Below are positions 45,558 through 55,987 of a DNA stretch of 64,000 bases, in pieces (the stretch's first letter is position 1; every line of letters starts with the position of its first letter). Made by a program: the position numbers and the translations under genes. Where the stretch lies: assembly GCA_016926375.1 (NCBI GenBank), contig JAFGOR010000013.1, positions 1,658-65,657 of the forward strand, read 5' to 3'. The notes under the pieces were generated by a model, which was not told the DNA's origin, searched no databases, and saw nothing but the letters and a program-made list of their open reading frames with translations. Source of the stretch: Bacteroidales bacterium. GTDB taxonomy: Bacteria; Bacteroidota; Bacteroidia; Bacteroidales; UBA10428.

Positions 45558-45686
45558 CAGCAAGCATGAACTCCCTTAGCTGTTATTAAAGCTCAAAAGC
45601 AGGTTGCCGGATCAGCTTCCTGACCTGCGTGCAATTGTAATGTTTCGAATTTGTAATGATCTGACATGATAAATTGTTTATAGGGA

Positions 45687-46655
45687 TTATAAAACTGCAA
45701 TATGGGCTTGGGGTACTTCATTTTCAAAATTGTACAGAGCGGTTGACAGATAGCGCTCACCGCTATCAGGCAATACCACTACAATTCTTTTTTCGCTGAA
45801 TTCCGGTCGTTTTGCAACCTGAAGGGCTGCCCATGCTGCAGCACCCGAAGATATGCCTACTAGTAAACCTTCCTGCCGGGCCAGAAACCGGCTTGTTTCA
45901 AAGGCATCTTCATTCTTTACGGTGATGATTTCGTCAATTACCGCACGATTGAGTACATCAGGAATGAATCCGGCGCCGATTCCCTGAATCTTGTGTGGCC
46001 CTCTCTGGCCTCCCGATAAAACAGGGGAATCCGCAGGTTCAACGGCAAAAATTTCCACCTTCGGGTTTTTCTTTTTCAGGAATGCTCCCACGCCGGAAAT
46101 GGTTCCACCGGTGCCTACGCCGCTTACAAAGGCATCTACATCTCCTCCCGTGTCGCCCCATATTTCTTCTGCAGTGGTTCTGCGGTGAATTTCCGGATTG
46201 GCCGGGTTTTTAAACTGCTGGGGAATGAAAGAATCAGGCGTTATCGCATGTAATTCCTCAGCCTTCCGGATAGCTCCTCCCATGCCCTCGGGGCCGGGTG
46301 TCAGAACAAGATTTGCCCCCAATGCTTTTAACAGATTCCTGCGTTCGATACTGAAGGTTTCAGGCATGGTGAGAATCAGCCGGTAACCTTTGGATGCAGC
46401 AACAAATGCCAGTGCGATACCCGTATTTCCACTGGTGGGTTCAATAATTACCGTTCCTGGTTTGAGCCAGCCTTTTTTTTCTGCATCCTCAATCATGGCA
46501 AGCCCAATGCGGTCCTTGACACTACCGGCAGGATTGAAATACTCAAGTTTGGCAATGATGGTGCCCTGTGTATTGTGTGCTCTGTTGAAATTGGAAAGCT
46601 CAAGCAACGGAGTGTTGCCAATCAGATCAGTCAGGTGCTTTGCTATTTGTGCCAT
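45687..46655 (-). CDS. cysK: Cysteine synthase A (O-acetylserine sulfhydrylase)
   Basis: Start at [23 protein letters not shown] lysine region [10 protein letters not shown], then [12 protein letters not shown] and [10 protein letters not shown]. Confidence 0.9.
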   Translation of the reverse strand: MAQIAKHLTDLIGNTPLLELSNFNRAHNTQGTIIAKLEYFNPAGSVKDRIGLAMIEDAEKKGWLKPGTVIIEPTSGNTGIALAFVAASKGYRLILTMPETFSIERRNLLKALGANLVLTPGPEGMGGAIRKAEELHAITPDSFIPQQFKNPANPEIHRRTTAEEIWGDTGGDVDAFVSGVGTGGTISGVGAFLKKKNPKVEIFAVEPADSPVLSGGQRGPHKIQGIGAGFIPDVLNRAVIDEIITVKNEDAFETSRFLARQEGLLVGISSGAAAWAALQVAKRPEFSEKRIVVVLPDSGERYLSTALYNFENEVPQAHIAVL

Positions 46656-46761
46656 TATTTTAGAGATTAAAATGAATGACACAAAGGTGTAGGTTGTTGG
46701 AATAACCTGAAATACCGCGTATCGGGTATTTCACCTACCATAAACACGGTATATTACAACA

Positions 46762-47433
46762 TCAGATTTGGTAGTCAATGGCATCAATGATACCTGTTTT
46801 TATCGCGTACATGACCAATTCCGACGCATTGTTTACGCCGAGTTTACGAAAAATGTTCTTGCGGTGCGTCATGATGGTGTGGTGACTGACCGACCGCTTT
46901 TCTGCAATTTCCTTGGTTGTAAGTCCGCCTGCCACCAGGGCAATAATTTCCTTCTCCGAGGTGGTAAGTTGCAGGTTATCAACCCAGGTTTTGAGTTCTT
47001 TCCCGGAATCAAATACCATATCAAGAACAAGTTCCGAATAGTACTTCCTATTCCGGGTAACAGCGGCAAGGCATTCCTCCAGTTCTTCCTTACCGGCGCT
47101 CTTCAGCAGGATATGTTTAATACCGCAGGCGTTGTATTCTTTGAATTCTAACGAGGAAATGGTATTGGCGGTGATAACTATGTGCATTTCCGGACAGTCT
47201 GATCTCAGATCTTTTAAATCGTCATATCCCTCAAAATCCAGGGCACCATAATCTAAAAAAAGAATATCAGGAACCTGCCTGTGGATGGCCTGAAGCAATT
47301 CATATTTCGATTGCACAGTGTCCATCAGAACAAATCTGTTACCCAAAGTTGATTTCAATCCTTCAACCACGAGGTACTGGATATCTGCAATCAGGATTAC
47401 CGGTTTGTTTGTTTGCGGTTGGATATTCCCCAT
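46762..47433 (-). CDS. Response regulator, LuxR/FixJ-type HTH output; no cognate kinase adjacent
   Basis: 223 aa. REC-like region (VILIADIQ, DILFLDYG, HIVITAN, HILLKSAG). C-terminal LTTSEKEIIALVAGGLTTKEIAEKRSVSHHTIMTHRKNIFRKLGV. Confidence 0.8.
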   Translation of the reverse strand: MGNIQPQTNKPVILIADIQYLVVEGLKSTLGNRFVLMDTVQSKYELLQAIHRQVPDILFLDYGALDFEGYDDLKDLRSDCPEMHIVITANTISSLEFKEYNACGIKHILLKSAGKEELEECLAAVTRNRKYYSELVLDMVFDSGKELKTWVDNLQLTTSEKEIIALVAGGLTTKEIAEKRSVSHHTIMTHRKNIFRKLGVNNASELVMYAIKTGIIDAIDYQI

Positions 47434-47457
47434 GGTAAATACCGTTTTCAGGTTGAT

Positions 47458-48771
<1,314 letters not shown>

Positions 48772-48864
48772 TTATTTGTGCTTTCAGTTAGTATGCTGCA
48801 ATTGGTGCATGCTATATATAAAGGGATACAAGTACCTGTCAGATTGTTTTATCCAGGGTTTCAT

Positions 48865-49794
48865 TCAGTTTTCTCCCAAGCCGGTATAATGTGAGAGTCG
48901 TTTAACAAAAATATCGAGGTAGGTCTTTGAAATGGGAACTACTACGTCTGAAGGAGAGTCGAAACCGATTATCAAACCTTCTTTTTCTTTTCGTATGAAT
49001 TTCACGTTGTCGATATTCACCATGTATGACCGGTGACATCTGACCAGTCCGGCTTCCGGCAAACTCAACTCAATCCTTTTTAGTGTATTCCGGATCATGT
49101 ATTTTGATAGCTTCATGTGTTCGAGGTAATAAATAACAATGTAATTATCTGCTGCCTCAATATAAAGCAGGTCATCCTTTTTGATGGAAAACTTCAGCAC
49201 ACCTTTCTCGTCATGAAACGGAATCATTACAAGTTGTGAAGCAACTTTCTTTCCGGTTGTTTCGTTGATTTCATCGAGGCGCCGGTTGTTTTCCATTTTC
49301 TCCAATGTTGTGTACTTGTCCTTAAAAGACAGATAAAGCCATGAAATCACATACGGGAGCAGGATGATGTATGCTGTAGTACGCACCGAGTTTTTGAGGA
49401 TCATGAGGAAATCATTGCCCACATGCAGAAAATACCATTGAATTAAGGTATAAACCAACGCCAGCACAACAATTTCTGCCATGATCCATAATGCATAGGC
49501 AGCATAATTGATTGAATCCCGCCGGGTGAACATATACATCAGCACGCGACTGATCACAATCACCAGCATGCCAATCAGAATGACAATACTGGAATACAGA
49601 AAAAATTCGACCTCGCTGACGTTGAGCCATTTATCAACTCCAAAGGGCGCATAAATATTGATAAAGACCAGCGCAAAGGCTGCCGTAAACAGAATAAAGC
49701 TCACGACGTTCTTCTTATCTGTCAGATAATCGGGTATTTTACTTTCCCATGGGAGCATATATACCTTAAAATAATTGGCTTTAAAGGTAGACAA
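48865..49794 (-). CDS. Membrane-anchored LytTR DNA-binding domain protein
   Basis: 309 aa. There are 4-5 N-terminal TM helices. The C-terminal LytTR domain reads LLYIEAADNYIVIYYLEH...IRNTLKRIELSLPEAGLVRCHRSYMVNIDNV. Confidence 0.75.
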   Translation of the reverse strand: MSTFKANYFKVYMLPWESKIPDYLTDKKNVVSFILFTAAFALVFINIYAPFGVDKWLNVSEVEFFLYSSIVILIGMLVIVISRVLMYMFTRRDSINYAAYALWIMAEIVVLALVYTLIQWYFLHVGNDFLMILKNSVRTTAYIILLPYVISWLYLSFKDKYTTLEKMENNRRLDEINETTGKKVASQLVMIPFHDEKGVLKFSIKKDDLLYIEAADNYIVIYYLEHMKLSKYMIRNTLKRIELSLPEAGLVRCHRSYMVNIDNVKFIRKEKEGLIIGFDSPSDVVVPISKTYLDIFVKRLSHYTGLGEN

Positions 49795-49959
49795 TTTTAC
49801 ACCGGGGTGAAATTTATGCTGCTTAAATAGTTATTTTTCACCCCACATGATAAACTTTCACCCCTCTGTATGCCTTTTAATCCCCTGCTTACTGCCTGAG
49901 AACCATATTTTTCAGAAAAATATCCGGGTGCTGTTACTTTGTTGTACAAAAAGACACCC

Positions 49960-51102
49960 ATGAACTTCATTGAAAACTATCAACAACTCAAAGGAATATT
50001 TAATCTGAGCCAGGATGAGATAAAGATACCTCAAAGTAAAGTAAAGCTAATCAACCAGGAATTTCATTCCTCTGCAGGCGTGCCCGATAATTTTGAGGGG
50101 CAACCGGAGGATGTTCAAATCAAGGAGAATGTACATTTTCGCTACCCGGTAATTTTGCCCGAAGGGAAGAATAAAGCCGGACAGGTGATAATCCTGTTGC
50201 ACGGATTGAATGAGAGAACCTGGCATAAGCATCTTGCCGGAGCCAGGATGCTTTCTGAAAGAACAGGAAAAGCGGTACTGATGTTTCCGCTTTCATACCA
50301 TATCAACCGGGGTTTGCCGGAATGGACCGACAATCGGAAAATGGCCGGTTTGCTTGAAGTCAGGAAAAAGAGTTTTTCGGATGTTCAGGAAGCATCAGTA
50401 GTAAACCTGGCACTCAGCGAAAGACTTACCGAGTACCCGCAACGCTTTTATTTTTCAGGACTGCAGAGTATCAAAGATTTAATCAGTCTGATGCGGCAAA
50501 TAAAAGCAGGAGATCATCCGCTTTTTGAAACCGGAACATCAACCGATATTTTCGCCTATTCCATCAGTTGCATGTTGGTTCAGGCTTTAATGATCAGCAA
50601 TCCGGAAGGAATACTGGACAAATCCAAAATCGTATTTTTTGCCGGGGGATCAATATTCAGCCGAATGAAGGGCGTATCCAGGTTCATTATGGACAGTGTA
50701 GCATTCAAGACCATCCTCAGGTTTTATACCGATGCGGTAACCAGAAAGGCGGGGTTTCTTAATAATCTTCAGTCATCCGGGATGGAAAAAAGTTTTGGAA
50801 ACGCTTTCAGATCACTGATCATTCCGGGCCTTTATGAAAGAGAAAGAGAGCAGGCTATGGCGGGGTTCAGCAAAAACCTGCTGGTAATTGCTATGCAGAA
50901 CGACAGGATCATGCCGGTAGAAGGCATACGGGAGGCAACGGGTGAGCGTTTTTTCAAATCAGGGCAGTTCAGGTTGGTTCACTTTCCGTATGATTACACA
51001 CATGAAAACCCCTTTCCTGTTCTTTACCACAAAATCAATCAGCAGGTTGAAAAGGCTTTTATGTCGGTTTATGAACCGGCACTTGAATTTTATAACAGAT
51101 AA
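49960..51102 (+). CDS. Uncharacterised protein, possibly alpha/beta-hydrolase fold
   Basis: About 380 aa from ATG 49960 (the ORF-track start at 49939 is TTG). VIILLHGLNERTWHK resembles an oxyanion-hole strand, and IFAYSISCML sits where a nucleophile elbow would be, but it is not a canonical GxSxG. Confidence 0.4.
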   Translation: MNFIENYQQLKGIFNLSQDEIKIPQSKVKLINQEFHSSAGVPDNFEGQPEDVQIKENVHFRYPVILPEGKNKAGQVIILLHGLNERTWHKHLAGARMLSERTGKAVLMFPLSYHINRGLPEWTDNRKMAGLLEVRKKSFSDVQEASVVNLALSERLTEYPQRFYFSGLQSIKDLISLMRQIKAGDHPLFETGTSTDIFAYSISCMLVQALMISNPEGILDKSKIVFFAGGSIFSRMKGVSRFIMDSVAFKTILRFYTDAVTRKAGFLNNLQSSGMEKSFGNAFRSLIIPGLYEREREQAMAGFSKNLLVIAMQNDRIMPVEGIREATGERFFKSGQFRLVHFPYDYTHENPFPVLYHKINQQVEKAFMSVYEPALEFYNR

Positions 51103-51108
51103 AGCGGT

Positions 51109-52224
51109 TTACTTCTGATCAACAGGTTTGCCCACCGGCAAACTCACAACAAAGGTACTACCTAAACCGGGGGTGCTTTCGATGTGGATGCTTCCCTGGT
51201 TAATCCTCACAAATTCTTCACACAACTGATATCCCAATCCGGATCCCTTTTCATTGTCGGTTCCGTAAGTTGTGAAATGGAAGTTTTTGTTCATCAGGTT
51301 ATTGAGGGTTTCTTCCGACATGCCAATTCCGGTGTCGGCAACCTGAACGACCAGTCTCTCAGTCTCATTCTCAAGTGCATGCTGTGCTCTGATATTGATT
51401 TCACCCCCACGCGGTGTGAATTTCAACGCATTGGATACCAAATTCCTGATAACCACAGAGATAAGCTCAGGATCGAAAAAGCCGTTCAGTTCATCCGGGC
51501 CATCATAAGATAATGTGATCTTCTTATTCTCGGCCTGAAGTGAGAAAAGCATCAAAACATTCCTGATCAACTGGGAGATGTCCTCTTCCTGGGGGCGGCA
51601 AACGACAACCCCCGACTGGCTCTTGGCCCAATTTAGCAGGTTCTCGAGAAGATTAAAAGCATTATCAGACAACAGGTATAAATCCTTCAACAAGGTAACC
51701 ACGTTTTCATCCAGGTCGTCATTCACCTGCAAAAAGGCATCAATATAGGTTCGGATATTGCCCATAGGACTTCTCAGGTCGTGCCCGATAATGGAAAATA
51801 TCTTCTTTTCAAAAGCAGAGGTGAGCTCAAGTTGTTTGCGCTGCTGCTGGAGGGTCAGGTGTGTTTTCACTCGAACCAGCAATTCCTTACGGTTATAAGG
51901 TTTTGTAATATAGTCGACAGCGCCGGTTTCAAATCCTTGGATGATGCTTTGAAAGTCGGCTTTGGCAGTGAGGAATATCACAGATACTTCACGGGTAGCC
52001 GGATTTTCTTTTATTCTCCGGCACACCTCAAAACCATCCATTTCAGGCATCATGATGTCCAGGAGTACCAAATCAAAAGGTCTCGAATCAAGCCATTCAA
52101 GAGCTTCTTTTCCGCTTGTGGCAAATTCCAACTCATATGCCTCCTCTTTCAGAATGCTTCCGAGCAACTGGATATTCTTAGGCACATCATCCACAATAAG
52201 AATGCTCTGTTCATTTATTCTCAT
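51109..52224 (-). CDS. Response-regulator receiver fused to a histidine kinase (REC-HisKA-HATPase)
   Basis: 371 aa. REC (ILIVDDVPKN...LVLLDIMMPEMDG...TAKA...KP), HisKA (IIGHDLRSPMGNI) and HATPase (DTGIGM, GSGLGYQL). Confidence 0.85.
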   Translation of the reverse strand: MRINEQSILIVDDVPKNIQLLGSILKEEAYELEFATSGKEALEWLDSRPFDLVLLDIMMPEMDGFEVCRRIKENPATREVSVIFLTAKADFQSIIQGFETGAVDYITKPYNRKELLVRVKTHLTLQQQRKQLELTSAFEKKIFSIIGHDLRSPMGNIRTYIDAFLQVNDDLDENVVTLLKDLYLLSDNAFNLLENLLNWAKSQSGVVVCRPQEEDISQLIRNVLMLFSLQAENKKITLSYDGPDELNGFFDPELISVVIRNLVSNALKFTPRGGEINIRAQHALENETERLVVQVADTGIGMSEETLNNLMNKNFHFTTYGTDNEKGSGLGYQLCEEFVRINQGSIHIESTPGLGSTFVVSLPVGKPVDQK

Positions 52225-55003
52225 GTCCTAATTTTTTCATTTGTTTCAGAAGATCCGGAAAATAATCAAGTTTTATTCTCATCTGCTCGATGTCGAAATT
52301 TTCTATTGTAGATAAAAGCTGCTCGCCATATTGTTGAATAAACCCAATTCTAAAATTTTTTCCCTGATCTATAATCTCCTGTGCAAATGACTGTATTTCT
52401 TTGAGCGGTTGTTTCTTTTCAAAAAGCTTCCACCTGTCGGTAAATTCGTTTTCAAAACTCCGGACCAAATGACTGAAATCCGAATTTCTGACAATATGTA
52501 CATCCAGATTATCGTCAGTGGCATAGTTTTGACTTCTTTCATTCAGATCTTCAGCACCTGCATCATTTCCCCTGTCTGTTTTGAATTCAGGCATAAAGGG
52601 TGATGTAATGGCGTTGGTGCTTACTTCGGAATATTCCACATGCGGAAAGACTACTTTAAAAGTACTCCCTTTCCCAACCTTGCTCTGCAGGCTGATATTC
52701 CCTTTCATAGCTTCAACAAGCCTTTTTGTGATTGCCAGGCCCAATCCTGTTCCTTCATATTTCCTTGAATCAAGTTGAGAATGTTGACGGAAGGATTCGA
52801 AAATCAGCCGGAACGAATTCTCCGGTATTCCAATACCCGTATCCTTAACCTGTATTTCCAGTTGCATGGTTGGATTTTCCTTTTTCTCAACCATGTTGGA
52901 ACACTTAATAACAATGATAATCTCACCATGATGGGTGAATTTCACCGCATTACCAACCAGGTTTATCAGGATTTGCCTGAGCCTTACTTCATCGAATTTT
53001 ATTTCAGCCGGGAATTTCTTATCGATTTTCTCAATATAGCCGATACCTTTAATAGTGACTCTGAGCGAAAAAACATTTCTGATCTCATCAAGCAACCTTC
53101 GTATGTCGAAAAACGTGTAATGAAGGGTCATTTTTCCGGCTTCTATTTTCGACAAATCCAACAAATCATTAATGAGCATCATCAGGTTTTTACCGCTGGC
53201 CCTGATGCTGTTGAGGTATTTGATTTGCTGACTGTCGGTTGTTAACCCTTCCAGGAGCTCAGTAAAGCCAAGTACCGAATTCAGTGGCGTTCTGATTTCA
53301 TGGCTGATGTTGGCCAGAAACTCAGATTTTGCATTATTTGCTTCTTCCGCAGCAATTTTTGCCTTTTTAAGCTCTTCCAGAGCCATAATTCTTTCCGTAA
53401 TATCCATCAGAAAGCCATCGAGCCATTTAATGGAACCATCTTCGCTATAAACCGGACGACCACTATTCGACACCCATTTCACAGTTTTGTGTTTGGTAAT
53501 GATTCGACATTCCAGGTTATACTGCTGAAAGTCACTGACTCCTTTCTTAATGGATTCTTTTACCCGGGTCAGATCATCAGGGTGAATCAGCCTGGCGAGC
53601 GACCGGCCCAGGTTATTTTGAAGCTCAGAAACCCGGTATCCGGTAAGTGTTTCAGCAGCATCAGCCACGAACAAAAAGGTAAGTTCGGTATTGTAGGCAC
53701 ACCGGTAAACCACACCCGGTATGTTTGAAACCATCGACCTGAATTTCTCTTCACTTTCTCTCAGTGACTGTTCGGCAATCTTGCGCAGAGAAATATCTTC
53801 TTTTATGGCTATATACCTGACAATTTCACTTTCCTTATTTTTAATAGGAGTAATGGTAGCTGATTCCCAGTATAGCTCTCCGCTTTTTTTGCGGTTATGG
53901 AATTCACCCTCCCAACGTTGCCCCTTCTTAAGCGTTTTCCACAAATCCTTATAAAATGCTGCAGAATGCGTTCCCGATTTCAGAATTCTGGGATTTTTGC
54001 CGATGACTTCCGATGGCAGATATCCTGTAATTGTTGTGAATGATTTATTTACGTATTCGATGTTCCCGTTTTTTCGGGTAATGATAATTTCATTGGCACT
54101 CTGATCCAAGGCAATGGAAAGCTTTACAATTTCCTCCTCAATTCTCTTGCGGTTGGAAACGTCAAGGATACCTATAACATAATTCGGTTCATTTTTATAA
54201 TTGATAATCTGGGTCTCAATTTCAACTGTTATGATGGATTTATCCTTTCTGCAGAGACTTGTTTCAAAGGCGCCCGCAGGTTGATCCCAATTCTTTCTGA
54301 AGAGTTTTTCGGCATAAGCCTTTTGAAAGCAGGAAGGCAGGGTATTCTGAGTCAACAATTCATCAATGCTATAACCTGTTAATTTCACCATGGCTTCATT
54401 CACATCAACCACCTTGCCCTGATGAAGAATGGCAATAGCCTGAAAGGAAAGATGCGCCAGCTTTCTCAATCTTTCTTCTGATTCTTCTGATACCTTATAA
54501 GCCAGTTTTCGCTGGGTGATATCGCGCTGTGCAACAATTATTCCAATGGTTTTGCCAGTCTTATCCTTAATCATCCGGTAATTGGCCTCTGTCCACCAAA
54601 CATAACCTTCGGTTTTCTCATGCGTAAATTCTGCAAAAACCTCTCCCTGGCTTATCAGTATACTCCACGACTCATTGTTCAACATGAAGCTGCTCCCGAA
54701 GAAGTGGCCCAGTGACATGCCAATTATAGATTTAGTGGCCTTCCCATATTGCAGCAACAAGGCATCATTATAATCATTGATTACGAACCCGTCAGCCAAA
54801 GCCCGCAGCTTGCCTTCCGGCGAAGAAAAAGTACTCCAGTCGACCGGTTTTTCAACAGTAAAAAATATAAAGGCATCAACCAACTGATCGTAGAAAAAAT
54901 TACTAATCTGCCTGAAATCAACAGTTGTCTGACTGCTTTTAGAGAATAGTCGCGGAACCGGCACTTTAGATTTGTCCCTTTGTTTCATCAAATCCATGTT
55001 CAA
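52211..55003 (-). CDS. Cytoplasmic multi-PAS sensor histidine kinase with an extra C-terminal helical domain
   Basis: 930 aa with no obvious TM segment. It has about 4 PAS/PAC modules (for example ITQRKLAYKVSEESEERLR, NRKRIEEEI, SLRKIAEQSLRESEEKFR), HisKA (EFLANISHEIRTPLN), HATPase (DTGIGI, GTGLGLAIT) and then about 170 further aa. It overlaps the downstream REC-HK gene by 14 nt. Confidence 0.85.
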   Translation of the reverse strand: MNMDLMKQRDKSKVPVPRLFSKSSQTTVDFRQISNFFYDQLVDAFIFFTVEKPVDWSTFSSPEGKLRALADGFVINDYNDALLLQYGKATKSIIGMSLGHFFGSSFMLNNESWSILISQGEVFAEFTHEKTEGYVWWTEANYRMIKDKTGKTIGIIVAQRDITQRKLAYKVSEESEERLRKLAHLSFQAIAILHQGKVVDVNEAMVKLTGYSIDELLTQNTLPSCFQKAYAEKLFRKNWDQPAGAFETSLCRKDKSIITVEIETQIINYKNEPNYVIGILDVSNRKRIEEEIVKLSIALDQSANEIIITRKNGNIEYVNKSFTTITGYLPSEVIGKNPRILKSGTHSAAFYKDLWKTLKKGQRWEGEFHNRKKSGELYWESATITPIKNKESEIVRYIAIKEDISLRKIAEQSLRESEEKFRSMVSNIPGVVYRCAYNTELTFLFVADAAETLTGYRVSELQNNLGRSLARLIHPDDLTRVKESIKKGVSDFQQYNLECRIITKHKTVKWVSNSGRPVYSEDGSIKWLDGFLMDITERIMALEELKKAKIAAEEANNAKSEFLANISHEIRTPLNSVLGFTELLEGLTTDSQQIKYLNSIRASGKNLMMLINDLLDLSKIEAGKMTLHYTFFDIRRLLDEIRNVFSLRVTIKGIGYIEKIDKKFPAEIKFDEVRLRQILINLVGNAVKFTHHGEIIIVIKCSNMVEKKENPTMQLEIQVKDTGIGIPENSFRLIFESFRQHSQLDSRKYEGTGLGLAITKRLVEAMKGNISLQSKVGKGSTFKVVFPHVEYSEVSTNAITSPFMPEFKTDRGNDAGAEDLNERSQNYATDDNLDVHIVRNSDFSHLVRSFENEFTDRWKLFEKKQPLKEIQSFAQEIIDQGKNFRIGFIQQYGEQLLSTIENFDIEQMRIKLDYFPDLLKQMKKLGHENK

Positions 55004-55070
55004 AGTACAAATCTAATCGAATTGCACCATTCCTGTGAAAATAAATATTAACCACCCGGCAAAAAGCCAT

Positions 55071-55095
55071 AAAAAAACCCGCTGGTAAGGCGGGT
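55071..55095 (-). terminator. Rho-independent terminator of the 163-aa gene
   Basis: Minus-strand reading is acccgc-cttacca-gcgggt followed by ttttttt. Confidence 0.7.
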
Positions 55096-55117
55096 AAGTA
55101 TAAGAAGCGTTCTTACT

Positions 55118-55609
55118 TTATTCAATAACTACGGTATATCCGTCAGTCCGCAAATTTTCAGCAACACTTTGCGCATATTCGTAATCGAAATATACTTTGG
55201 GTTTGTGTTTGGCAAATACAGGGTAGCGGCCAACTGCATCCTCAGAATTGAGGTAATTATAGCCTACCAGGTATAATTCACTTCCTTCCAGTTTAACCTT
55301 GAATACAGGTCGGTGCTGACATAGCTCAAGCACTTCGAGCAGTTCGAACTTTGTAATCTCGGGTTCCTGCTTCAGCTTTACGGTTTTCAATATTTCATCA
55401 CTGAAAGGCTCTTTTGTAAAGTGCAGATCAAAGTTCTTTACGTAACATGATAATACAATCGACTCGTCTTTGATAACCGCCGGTTTATTATCATCTCCAA
55501 CCAAACGCACATTAATCCCAAATCTTGAAAATAATCCTTTCAATCTTTTGTTTCTCCGAGTCACCATTTCTTCCAACGACTCGTTTTTTCTCATAGGAAA
55601 TTCCGGCAT
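55118..55609 (-). CDS. Hypothetical protein (no recognisable motif)
   Basis: 163-aa ORF with its own terminator and a 378-nt AT-rich upstream region. An alternative start is at 55594. Confidence 0.5.
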   Translation of the reverse strand: MPEFPMRKNESLEEMVTRRNKRLKGLFSRFGINVRLVGDDNKPAVIKDESIVLSCYVKNFDLHFTKEPFSDEILKTVKLKQEPEITKFELLEVLELCQHRPVFKVKLEGSELYLVGYNYLNSEDAVGRYPVFAKHKPKVYFDYEYAQSVAENLRTDGYTVVIE

Positions 55610-55987
55610 AGTCTAATTTTAATTTTCAAAAATAATGAAATTTTATTATCAGGCACCAAAATCAATTTATTACTTATTCACCTCACAAGTTCAGCTTACA
55701 AAATACAAAAAAGATTTTGGTTATGGGTTGTGAATTTAGATCTACAAACATATAAAAAAAAACAGGACAAAATCAAGTTACATAACTCAGGTATCAAAAA
55801 TATGAGATATTCTGATTCAGGAAAGTGACTAATGTCATTATTTTCAAAAAAGAGTAGTTGTTTTATTTTTCAGACAACTTGTACTAACTGTATTCTTGGA
55901 AATTATTTTTGTTGAGCTTCCGGGTCGACTCGTCAACACTTTTTTCACACTCATAACAAATATTCAACTTTCCAATTCTGCAACAGT

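Noticed and set aside
45599-45628. gcaggt-N18-acctgc hairpin between Rrf2 and cysK as another copy of the ACCTGCC...GGCAGGT palindrome family
   Set aside because: The arms are in the opposite arrangement and the match is only 6 bp. It is more simply a weak terminator-like hairpin between convergent genes.
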